Of a DNA stretch of 64,000 nucleotides, positions 1 through 7,867 are shown in pieces (the stretch's first letter is position 1; every line of letters begins with the position of its first letter). The position numbers and the translations under genes are program-made. This stretch comes from Methyloceanibacter sp. (lineage in GTDB: Bacteria > Pseudomonadota > Alphaproteobacteria > Rhizobiales > Methyloligellaceae): assembly GCA_050728375.1 (NCBI GenBank), contig JBOHJE010000185.1:3347-67346 (forward strand), read 5' to 3'. The notes under the pieces are model-generated. The model worked only from the letters and a program-made list of their open reading frames with translations. It searched no databases and had not been told where the DNA came from.

Positions 1-415
1 GTATTGCTGCCACAAACTCCTCTCTGGCGAGAGCAATATCTTCTGGCAGACGCTTGTCTTCTGGATACACAAAGGTGTGCCTGGCTATCCGCCACAGCGG
101 CTGTTCAAGTTCGGTGACCGCAAACATGGACCAGCGATACACCTGCGCCCGCTCCGTCAGGTCGGCGGGCATGAGTCCCTTGGCACCATACTTTTCTGCC
201 AAATACATGACGATCGCGGCGGATTCTGTGAGTACAAGGTCACCGTCAACCAGCACCGGAATTTTTCCGGCGGGATTGAGGCGCAGGAAGTCGGGGTGAC
301 GGATTTCGCCAGCAAGGACGTCGACAGACACAAACTCGAATTCCGCATCAAGCTCTTGAAGGGCCCAAAGTACGCGAAGCGAGCGCGTCGGACCTGATCC
401 ATACAGTTTCATCAT
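1..415 (-). CDS. glutathione S-transferase, N-terminal ~138 codons (3' end lies beyond the window start)
   Basis: Own translation of the minus strand from ATG 415-413: MMKLYGSGPTRSLRVLWALQELDAEFEFVSVDVLAGEIRHPDFLRLNPAGKIPVLVDGDLVLTESAAIVMYLAEKYG... This is a typical GST N-terminal domain. The frame stays open to position 1. It is absent from the ORF track because there is no stop in the window. Confidence 0.85.
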   Translation of the reverse strand, partial: MMKLYGSGPTRSLRVLWALQELDAEFEFVSVDVLAGEIRHPDFLRLNPAGKIPVLVDGDLVLTESAAIVMYLAEKYGAKGLMPADLTERAQVYRWSMFAVTELEQPLWRIARHTFVYPEDKRLPEDIALAREEFVAAI

Positions 416-529
416 CTTTGTTTTCCCCAGTTTCAAACAGACAGCGGCGTCACGGTGTTGACAGATACATGGGGGGGGTGGGAAGCAGAACGCTTCCGCC
501 GCCCTGTGCTGTCAGAACGGAGGCCCTGA

Positions 530-1900
530 GTGACTGCTACGGGTCAGCCGGCATTCCTAGAGCAGCAGATCGATCGATGGCGAAGTTATCTGCATAGCAA
601 ACAGGCTATCCACTCCATCGACATCGTCGAACTAGAGGACCATCTGCGCGAACAGATTGCGGCGCTGACCGGTGCAGGGCTCACCACCGAAGAGGCTTTC
701 CTTGTAGCGGTCAAGCGCTTGGGCGATCTTGACGCGCTTTCGCGAGAGTTTGCTCGCGAGCACTCGGATCGCCTCTGGAAGCAACTGGTTGCGTCCCCGT
801 CCGACGCGGGGGAGTCGCAAGCCCGCGCGCGAACGGACGCCTTCGTTGCATTCTGTCTCGCGTCCGCTGCTGCTGTGGCCATCAAGTTGCCCGCACTCTT
901 CGGAATTCAGTTGGACGCGAACCCCGGTTTCTATGCCCGCAACCTGAGCCTCTTCGTCCTCCCCCTGCTGACCGGTTATTTCGCGTGGAAACGACGGTTC
1001 GACGCGCATACCATCGGTTGGCTCGGGGCAGCGTTCGTCACCGCGGCCATATTCGCCAACGCCTATCCTTTCGCGCCGCAGGGCGCAACTGAGGCGCTCA
1101 CCGCGTTGCACCTGCCGATCGCGCTCTGGCTGTTAGTGGGTGTCGCGTATGCCGGCGGCCGCTGGAGCCAAGTCGCGGGCCGCATGGACTTCATTCGGTT
1201 CTCGGGAGAGCTGTTCATCTACTACGTCCTGATTGCCCTCGGCGGTGGTCTCCTCACGGCGTTCACGGCGATGATCTTCCGGACCGTCGGGATCGACATC
1301 GAACCCGTCTTCGAATCGTGGCTGCTGCCATGCGGAGCGGTCGGAGCCGTCCTGATCGGCGCCTGGCTGGTCGAGGCCAAGCAAAGCGTGATCGAGAACA
1401 TGGCGCCCGTGTTGGCTCGCCTCTTCACACCGCTCTTTGCCGCCGTGCTTGTCGTGTTCCTGGGGACGCTGCTGTGGACCGGTCGCGGAGTTGACATCGA
1501 GCGGGATTTGCTGATCGGCTTCGACCTGCTGCTGGTGATGGTCCTCGGCCTGCTGCTCTATTCTATCACGGCACGTGATCCCCACTCGCCCCCCGGCGCC
1601 TTCGATGTGATGCAGGTCTTGCTGGTGGTCAGTGCGCTATTGGTCGACGCGGTCGCACTTTGTGCCATCGCCGCACGCATCACTGAATTCGGCTTCAGCC
1701 CGAACCGAGTTGCCGCCTTGGGCGAGAACGTGATCCTGCTTGTCAATCTGGCTTGGTCCGCGGTGCTCTATATCCGGTTCCTACGCAGGCGCGGCTCGTT
1801 CACGGAGCTGGAGCGGTGGCAGACGGACTACTTGCCGGTCTATGCAATGTGGGCGGCGATTGTCGTGATCGCCTTTCCACCTCTATTCCGAGGCATCTGA
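530..1900 (+). CDS. polytopic membrane protein (DUF4153-like) with N-terminal soluble helical prefix domain
   Basis: 456-aa ORF with GTG start 8 nt after GGAGG. The N-terminus (QQIDRWRSYLHS...LEDHLREQI...LGDLDALSREF) resembles the prefix domain often paired with PadR regulators. Many hydrophobic helices follow. Confidence 0.7.
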   Translation: MTATGQPAFLEQQIDRWRSYLHSKQAIHSIDIVELEDHLREQIAALTGAGLTTEEAFLVAVKRLGDLDALSREFAREHSDRLWKQLVASPSDAGESQARARTDAFVAFCLASAAAVAIKLPALFGIQLDANPGFYARNLSLFVLPLLTGYFAWKRRFDAHTIGWLGAAFVTAAIFANAYPFAPQGATEALTALHLPIALWLLVGVAYAGGRWSQVAGRMDFIRFSGELFIYYVLIALGGGLLTAFTAMIFRTVGIDIEPVFESWLLPCGAVGAVLIGAWLVEAKQSVIENMAPVLARLFTPLFAAVLVVFLGTLLWTGRGVDIERDLLIGFDLLLVMVLGLLLYSITARDPHSPPGAFDVMQVLLVVSALLVDAVALCAIAARITEFGFSPNRVAALGENVILLVNLAWSAVLYIRFLRRRGSFTELERWQTDYLPVYAMWAAIVVIAFPPLFRGI

Positions 1901-2031
1901 TCGGGGTGCCGCTGGTCCAAGATTAGACAAGAAGGCTTCCTATCTGAATCGGACGGGGCCGTCTGAAGGCTGCGTTAGGCGGTTTGCAACCTCGCACCCG
2001 TTAAAACAGCTTCGACAGGAGGTTTTATCCG

Positions 2032-3026
2032 TTGCAGCTGAGATCGTTCCCTCTCGCTCTCGCCAGTATTCTCTGCTTCATCGCCGGCCTCGTCGCCGTT
2101 TGGTCGGGCTCGCACCGAGCTTTTGCGACGCAGTTGCCGTGGGCTGTTCCAGATTGGCTACAGGCTTATGTCGGCGAAGGCGATGGTCAGATCGCGCCCG
2201 TAGTCTTGCAGCGGGCGCGCGCCCTTTACTTGCAAAAGGTGAGCAAAGGCGTGGTGCAGAATCCCTGCTACTTCGCCGTGGACGCCACGCGCCCCGCTGG
2301 GTTGGGGCGCCGGTTTTACGTCATCTGCGAAGCAGATCGGACATTTGGCGCGTTGCCGACCGGGCACGGCAACGGCCGCAATCTGAAAGGCATCGCAAAT
2401 TTCTCAAACGGCATCCGCTGTGCGAAGAACTTCAGCAATGCGATGGATTCCAAACTGACGACCGGCGGGCCTTACGTGACGGCCGAGATCAGAACCTCGT
2501 TCAAAGGTTATTATCGTGCTTCGGGGGGAAAGAGCGTGCCCCTGATGCGCTCGTTCGTGCAGTTCGACGGCGAGGGTGACACGGCCAACGCCAGGCCGCG
2601 CGCCATCGGCGGCCATCCGGCCGTGATCGTGTCGACGGTTTGTCGCATGAAAGCTCCGGGCAACCCCTTCGCGGACGATGAGGGTTATGTGCCGTTCGGC
2701 AAGCTGATCGATTACAGCGCCGGCCGCAGCAACGGGTGCACCAGCTGGTCTCCAGCGGACTCCGAGCGGATCTTGGCGTTGGTGGAGGACAAGCCGACGA
2801 CGCTCTACATCTCCCGGAATCCACCGACATCGTCGCCGTCGCGCGAGCGGTGAAGGCAGGCCGGTCGCCGTCGAGCGCCGGATTGTATTGGAACGCATCC
2901 TGCCTGAAAGAAATCCGCTCGCCGAACTTTTGGCCGAGGGAAACCCTCGAACCGGCCCTCATGGAATACAGGAAGGATCACCCGCCGCCGCCGGAGCAGA
3001 AGCTGCCGAAGTGCAGGGGGCGGTGA
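2032..3026 (+). pseudogene. YkuD_2-type murein L,D-transpeptidase catalytic-domain protein, apparent -1 nt frameshift near 2811-2815
   Basis: The 273-aa ORF has a signal/TM N-terminus and a catalytic-type GRSNGCTSW motif. It ends ...TTLYISRNPP... The adjacent frame (ORF 2736..3026) continues with protein-like, GC3-rich sequence: PESTDIVAVARAVKAG...GLYWNASCLKEIRSPNFWPRETLEP...KCRGR. One extra C in the CCC run would join them as TLYISPESTDIV. Confidence 0.55.
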
Positions 3027-3070
3027 GATTTGGTTCAATCGCTTGTCTATCGCTTCCCCTCGCTGAGGTT

Positions 3071-3258
3071 TATCCCCGCGCTCCAAACCTGCCTTATCAT
3101 CGCATCACCTTGTCCGTTGAGGGGCGCTCGCGAGGCGTCGCATAAGCGGGACGAGCGGCGGTGCCTGCGGGGCTCGGCTTGACGTAAGCCGGCACTCGGG
3201 CGGCGCTGGGGCTCCGCCCGGGACCACTAGGAGTCCCTGCCAGGAGCTTGGCTGACGG
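3071..3258 (+). repeat. structured intergenic repeat, copy A (partner at 10617..10862)
   Basis: Shares identical blocks with copy B: gtccgttgaggggcgct, ggggctccgcccggg, cctgccaggag, tggctgacg. Contains hairpins cggctt-gacgt-aagccg (3175-3191) and cgggcgg-N10-ccgcccg (3197-3220). Confidence 0.8.
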
Positions 3259-3335
3259 ATCGGCCATTCGCCGGACGAAGAGCGGCCGGCCGTTTAACAA
3301 ACGTCCGCGACTGGCGCGCCGAGAGAAGCGCACGC

Positions 3336-3640
3336 AGATGAGAAAGCCTCGCACGAGCCTCACGATCCCCGCGAGACTGGTCTCGAGCGCCCATGTCCGC
3401 CATCGAGCAGGTGAAGCTCGGCGTCCGGCAAATCCGTAAGATAGGCACGCGCCGCGTCTTCCGGCATATAGCCGTCCTGCGGACCCCAGACGATCAGGGT
3501 CGGCGGACGATACTTGCGCAGGTAGGCTTGGTACCGCGGAAACCATTCGAGATTTTGGCGAAGGCCTTCCATGAGCCCCACCATGATCAAATGCGTCGCG
3601 AAAGCCCTCCTCGCTCACCGTTCGAACGACGAAGGACAAC
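3336..3640 (-). pseudogene. alpha/beta-hydrolase C-terminal remnant (N-terminal part missing, internal frameshift)
   Basis: ORF 3360..3590(-) reads ...[51 protein letters not shown]. This is the C-terminal His-loop region of alpha/beta hydrolases. The continuation WALETSLAGIVRLVRGFL lies in another frame (1-nt loss at catgg, ~3390). No catalytic N-terminal half remains upstream before the DUF899 gene starts at 3656. Confidence 0.6.
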
Positions 3641-3655
3641 GAAGGAGAGAGAACG

Positions 3656-4447
3656 ATGACGACACAGAAGACCGGAACACGTGAAGAGTGGCTCGCAGCG
3701 CGGCTCGAGCTGCTCGAGGCGGAGAAGGAGCTAACGCGGCGCGGCGACGAGCTGGCGCGGCGGCGGCAGGAGCTGCCGTGGGTCCGGGTCGCCAAGGAGT
3801 ACCGGTTCGAGACCGACGAGGGGAACGTCTCGCTGGCGGACCTCTTCCGAGGGCGCTCGCAGCTCCTCGTCTACCATTTCATGTTCGGGCCCGCCTACAC
3901 GGCCGGGTGTCCGGCCTGCTCGGCAATCGCGGATGGGTTCGAGGGCATCGCCGTCCACCTCGCCAACCATGACGTGATGCTTTGGGCGGTGTCGCGGGCG
4001 CCGCTCGCCAAGCTGCAAGCGTTCAAGGAGCGAATGGGCTGGACGTTTCCCTGGGCGTCCTCGCTCGGCAGCGACTTCAACGCCGACTTCAACGTCTGGT
4101 TCACCGAGGAGCAACAGCGCGAGGGGGGCATCGAATACAACTACCAGCGCGAGCCGGCGTTGCCGTTACGCGGCAACGAGGGGTCGGAGATATCCTCGCG
4201 CACGACACCCGAAGGGCCGGCTAAGGGCGCCGCCATGACCGGAACGGACGTGGCCACGTACACGCGCGAGCGGCCGGTTATGAGCGCGTTCGCGCTCGAG
4301 GACGGCGTCGTCTACCACACCTACTCCACCTATGCGCGCGGACTGGACGGCCTCTGGAGCATGTACCAGTGGCTCGACCGTGCCCCCAGGGGGCGCAACG
4401 AAACGGGCCACTGGTTGCGCCGCCACGACGAGTACGACAAGCGCTGA
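3656..4447 (+). CDS. DUF899 thioredoxin-like protein
   Basis: 263 aa. REEWLAARLELLEAEKELTRRGDELARRRQELPWV...LVYHFMFGP...GCPACS is the hallmark DUF899 N-terminus and Cys motif. A GGAGAGAGAA-type RBS precedes the ATG. Confidence 0.85.
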   Translation: MTTQKTGTREEWLAARLELLEAEKELTRRGDELARRRQELPWVRVAKEYRFETDEGNVSLADLFRGRSQLLVYHFMFGPAYTAGCPACSAIADGFEGIAVHLANHDVMLWAVSRAPLAKLQAFKERMGWTFPWASSLGSDFNADFNVWFTEEQQREGGIEYNYQREPALPLRGNEGSEISSRTTPEGPAKGAAMTGTDVATYTRERPVMSAFALEDGVVYHTYSTYARGLDGLWSMYQWLDRAPRGRNETGHWLRRHDEYDKR

Positions 4448-4484
4448 GCCAAGTCGTCAGGGTCGTTGGCGCAAGGCGCGTTCT

Positions 4485-4599
4485 GCCGCTCTCAATTTCG
4501 GCGATTGCTTTGCGTATGTCGTCGCGAAGGAACGCGGTTGTCGCCTGCTCTATGTTGGCGATGACTTCGCAAAAGACCGATATCGAAAGTATCCTATGA
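4485..4599 (+). pseudogene. vapC (PIN-domain toxin) 3'-terminal relic
   Basis: Translates AALNFGDCFAYVVAKERGCRLLYVGDDFAK, then (after one extra A in an AAAA run) TDIESIL-stop. This is the conserved C-terminal third of VapC toxins. No N-terminal PIN part and no antitoxin gene lie upstream. Confidence 0.6.
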
Positions 4600-4650
4600 C
4601 GGAGGACGGCGGCACGCGCGGCACCGACCGCGTGGCCTACGACGTTATCT
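4518..4650 (+). repeat. inter-cassette repeat R1 (vapC-relic plus downstream sequence)
   Basis: Aligns by eye with 5687..5815 over ~130 nt. Shared blocks include a 23-nt identical run cgcgaaggaacgcggttgtcgcc, ggcggcacgcgcg and ggcctacgac. Confidence 0.75.
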
Positions 4651-4852
4651 CTAAGCCCCAGAACCCATCGATCTGAAACGCGCCGCGGCGGCGCGCATCA
4701 CCCCCAGCGGGCGTAATATTTAGGAATTGACCTAAGTGTTATGGCGCCATATCACTGCCCCCGCAGCGGGGTATGACGCGGAGCGAAACCGGAAGGCAGA
4801 TGCAGTGACACCGTGGACAGGCGGCAACCGGCAACAGGGCCGGCAATTTCCG

Positions 4853-5185
4853 GTGGCGAGGGTCGTAGACGGCATCTTTCGCGCCCTGTCCGATCCGACG
4901 CGGCGTCATGTCCTGGAGCGGCTTAGTTCACGGCCGGCCTCGGTGAGCGAGCTCGCCGCGCCCTACAAGATGGCGCTGCCCTCCTTCGTCGAGCACCTCA
5001 AAGTGCTTGAAAGAAGCGGTCTGGTGCGCTCGCGTAAGGTTGGCCGCGTGCGCACCTACCAGATCGCGCCCGAGCAGCTGAAGCTGGCGGAGGATTGGCT
5101 TGGGCGGCAGCGCACGCTTTGGGAGCGCCGACTCGACCAGCTCGACAGTTATCTCGTGAAGATTAAAGAGGAGAATTCCAAATGA
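4853..5185 (+). CDS. ArsR/SmtB-family transcriptional regulator
   Basis: GTG at 4853 gives a 110-aa protein: [61 protein letters not shown] (ArsR wHTH). Its stop overlaps the start of the next gene by 4 nt. Confidence 0.85.
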   Translation: MARVVDGIFRALSDPTRRHVLERLSSRPASVSELAAPYKMALPSFVEHLKVLERSGLVRSRKVGRVRTYQIAPEQLKLAEDWLGRQRTLWERRLDQLDSYLVKIKEENSK

Positions 5186-5673
5186 CGTCATCCGTGATCA
5201 GGATCGACCCAAAGCTCGACCTGGTGCTCGAGCGCGAAATTGACGTTCCAGTCGAGCTCGTGTGGAAAGCGTGGACGACGCCCGAGCACCTGCGCGAATG
5301 GTTCGTGCCGAAGCCATGGACAATCACCGCCTGCGAACTGGACCTGCGCCCGGGAGGGGTGTTCAGCACCGTCATGCGCTCGCCCGACGGTCAGGAATTC
5401 CCGAATTTCGGCTGCTATCTCGAGGTGACGCCGAACGAGCGGCTGATCTTCACGGACACACTCCTCGCCGGATATCGGCCCTCCGCGAAACCGTTCTTCA
5501 CGGCTGTGCTCCAGCTTGCCAAGCACGGGTCTGGAACGCGATATACGGCCATCGCCATACATGGCGACGAGGACGCGCGTAAGCGCCACGAGGAAATGGG
5601 CTTCCACGACGGCTGGGGCACGGTGGTCGATCAGATGGTCGCACATATCAAGGCGCGTTCGACACGGGCCTAA
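5182..5673 (+). CDS. SRPBCC-family protein (AHSA1/START-like)
   Basis: 163 aa. [28 protein letters not shown]...[16 protein letters not shown]...ERLIFTD. This is the usual partner gene of ArsR regulators and is translationally coupled (ATGA overlap). Confidence 0.85.
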   Translation: MTSSVIRIDPKLDLVLEREIDVPVELVWKAWTTPEHLREWFVPKPWTITACELDLRPGGVFSTVMRSPDGQEFPNFGCYLEVTPNERLIFTDTLLAGYRPSAKPFFTAVLQLAKHGSGTRYTAIAIHGDEDARKRHEEMGFHDGWGTVVDQMVAHIKARSTRA

Positions 5674-5686
5674 CGGAAATGGCGTC

Positions 5687-5815
5687 GTCGACGCGAAGGA
5701 ACGCGGTTGTCGCCCGCTAGATGTTGGCGATTACTTTTGCAAAAGGCCCTTATCGAGAAGGCCTTATGAGGTAACTTGGCGGCACGCGCGATAGCCGCTT
5801 GGCCTACGACATCGC
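5687..5815 (+). repeat. inter-cassette repeat R2 (more degraded vapC relic)
   Basis: Begins 14 nt after the SRPBCC stop. Translates in part as DAKERGCRPLDVGDYFCK. Shares the same blocks as R1. Confidence 0.75.
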
Positions 5816-5948
5816 CTGCAAGCCGCCTTATCGGACGCCGTGCTCGCGCGCTTCCTTGATACCGTTCATCTGCCGTATCGTAATGTTTGGGTGATCGCCC
5901 GTTCGCGCCAGGAGTGAACTCAGGAGGGATGCCACGCGAGCAGCACGC

Positions 5949-6160
5949 ATGCACGCTTACAACCAGCCTCTCGTTCTGGAGGATGTCCCGATCCCCGAGA
6001 TCGAACCGAATGAGGTTCTTATCAGGATCGGTGCCGCGGGCATGTGCCGCACCGACGTTCAATCAGTGGACGGATACTTTCGCCGTTACAAGGAGGCAAA
6101 CTTCCCGCTGACGCTAGGGCACGAGATCGCCGGCGAGGTTCACAAGATAGGCGCCGCCCT
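5949..6160 (+). pseudogene. zinc-dependent alcohol dehydrogenase, N-terminal stub (~70 codons)
   Basis: MHAYNQPLVLEDVPIPEIEPNEVLIRIGAAGMCRTDVQSVDGYF...LTLGHEIAGEVHKIG is a typical MDR/Zn-ADH N-terminus with the GHE motif. Homology stops near 6160 and the ORF terminates at 6200. The Rossmann domain is absent. Confidence 0.7.
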
Positions 6161-6271
6161 CGTATTAGCCCGTAGCGCTATTCCAAGCGGACGCGACTGA
6201 GGGTGTGATTAAGGTCCACATCTGACGCCCAAGCGGACGAATTATCCCCCTTCAAATCGCGAGTACGTGAC

Positions 6272-6310
6272 AGGCGGCAACCGCGTGGTCTACGACACCG
6301 CCTCATGGCC
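6272..6310 (+). repeat. inter-cassette repeat R3 (partial copy)
   Basis: aggcggcaaccgcgtggtctacgacaccgcctca matches the distal parts of R1 and R2 (ggcggca.cgcg...g.ctacgac). A related fragment gacaggcggcaaccgg lies at 4815-4830. Confidence 0.55.
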
Positions 6311-6339
6311 CCCCAACACCATTGAGTGGGAGTGAGCCA

Positions 6340-6762
6340 ATGGCGATCACAGGCGGCTGCATGTGCGGCAAGGTGCGCTACCGCATCGAGGCGGAGCCGG
6401 CCACGTCGCGGGTCTGCTGGTGCCGCGACTGTCAGTTCGTCGGCGCCGGCAGCGGGACGGTAAACGTAACGTTTCCGGCTGATGCGGTGACGATCGAGGG
6501 CACACTCGCCGACTATCCCAGCACGGCCGACAGCGGCAATCTGATGCATCGGGGTTTTTGTCCGTCCTGCGGCACGCCCGTGACCACGCAGTCGGAGGCG
6601 CGGCCCCATTTCCTTGCCGTGCGCGCGGGCACGCTCGACGATCCGGAGATCGGCAAGCCCGTCGTGACTATCTGGACGTCGAGCGCCCCGAGCTGGGCCT
6701 GCTTCGATGAGGACTTGCCCCAGGAGCGGAAGCAGCTGGCTCCTCCTGCGGCGAAGAGATGA
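6340..6762 (+). CDS. GFA-family protein (glutathione-dependent formaldehyde-activating enzyme / CENP-V fold)
   Basis: MAITGGCMCGKVRYRIEA...CWCRDCQ...GFCPSCGTPV carries the GFA zinc-Cys pattern. ATG 6340 lies 8 nt after GGGAG. Confidence 0.85.
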   Translation: MAITGGCMCGKVRYRIEAEPATSRVCWCRDCQFVGAGSGTVNVTFPADAVTIEGTLADYPSTADSGNLMHRGFCPSCGTPVTTQSEARPHFLAVRAGTLDDPEIGKPVVTIWTSSAPSWACFDEDLPQERKQLAPPAAKR

Positions 6763-6836
6763 GAGTTGCTGGCAGAACCGCAGGCCGGGGAAACACAGGA
6801 AGCGCAGCTGCAAAAAAGAGTGCTCCGCCTGACCAG

Positions 6837-6896
6837 TGCCTTCAGCGCAACTCGCTGTTTATCCACTGCCTTCAGCGCAACTCGCTGTTTATCCAC
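6837..6896. repeat. perfect 30-bp tandem duplication covering the stop codon and last 8 codons of the LysR gene
   Basis: tgccttcagcgcaactcgctgtttatccac occurs at 6837-6866 and again at 6867-6896. Its reverse complement reads W I N S E L R stop. Confidence 0.95.
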
Positions 6897-7749
6897 AGGC
6901 GTAGGGCCGCGATCTTCTTCGAAGCCTCATGCGTTTCGGGGTAGACCAGGAAACAGCGATAACCCGGCAGCACCGGGCCGAAAGGCTGGAGGAGAGCGCC
7001 GCTCTCAAGTTCATCGGCGATAAGCATCAGGTCCAAGAGCGCAACGCCCTGACCGGCGATCGCGGCCTGAATGGCATGAGTCTCATCGGTGAACGTGAGC
7101 TCGGCCCTGGGTTCGAGGTCGTGCAGACCCGCACGCGCAAGCCAACGCGGCCAGACCGGCGTCTCGCGGTTTGTCCGGTGCCACTCGAAATGGATCAGCG
7201 TGTGCCGGCGCAGATCCGCAGGCTCCCGCAGATCAAGGCTCTGGCTTGCCACCGGCGCGAACTCATCGCGGAAAAGCTCTTCCGCCTTGAGGCCCTGAAA
7301 GTTACCCCGGCCGTAGCGGATCGCCGCATCCACCCCACCACGACCAAAGTCCACGGGCTCATCGGCAGTGTGTAGCCGGAGATCCATTCCGGGATTTGGC
7401 GGCAGCGAAGGACGCGGTGCGCGGTACGAGCCAGCGCGCCGTGAAGGCGCGTGGCCGACAGCGTGACGGCGGGGCGCGACCGTCGCGCCTCCAGGCTCGC
7501 AATCGCCTTAGCGAATGCGTCGAAGCCGTCGCGTAGAACGGGATAGAGACGCTGCCCCTCCGCGGTCAGGAGCAATCTGCGCGGGTGCCGTTCGAAGAGC
7601 CTGAGACCGATCCGATCCTCCAGCGACCGAATCTGATGGCTGATCGCCGTCGGTGTCACCGCGAGCTCGGCGGCGGCGCGCTTGAAGCTGAGGTGCCGCG
7701 CGGCGGCCTCGAAGGCGCGCAAGGCGGCGAGGGGCGGGAGGCGTCGCAT
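6872..7749 (-). pseudogene. LysR-family (GcvA/AmpR-like) transcriptional regulator with two frameshifts
   Basis: The N-terminal HTH (MRRLPPLAALRAFEAAARHLSFKRAAAELAVTPTAISHQIRSLE) is in ORF 7195..7749. The effector domain (MDLRLHTADEPVDF...LVYPETHE) is in ORF 6872..7387. The linking segment FTARWLVPRTASFAAA lies in the third frame, which implies 1-nt indels near 7448 and 7398 (AAA run). Confidence 0.75.
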
Positions 7750-7867
7750 GGCATCATGAGTGAATCTAGATCATCTACAGGGTGAGGAATTCGATTTTGT
7801 AGTCAAGACAAAGCAGGCCCATCTCCGGAATCAATAGCTGATATGGCCTCACCTTATGGAGATCGTA

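Noticed and set aside
3071-3258. The duplicated structured element as a cobalamin or guanidine-I (ykkC) riboswitch.
   Set aside because: Short resemblances exist: cctgccaggag versus the B12 box, and acggcgggac versus the ykkC core. The rest of either consensus (GGTGAAAATCC/GCCACTG, or CTAGGGTTCCG/GGTCCGAGAG) is missing. Copy B also lies between two gene ends with nothing downstream to regulate.
3097-3795. The 232-aa minus-strand ORF spanning the repeat element and the hydrolase relic.
   Set aside because: It is a composite of non-coding repeat sequence and an out-of-frame hydrolase remnant. Only a short internal piece (WALETSLAGIVRLVRGFL) looks like real protein. It also overlaps the DUF899 start.
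3656-6896. Calling the cassette block a chromosomal integron.
   Set aside because: There is no intI-like tyrosine recombinase, attI or Pc promoter in the window. The inter-cassette repeats show no obvious RYYYAAC/GTTRRRY core sites or the imperfect hairpin symmetry of attC. I kept it only as a 'cassette-like' observation.
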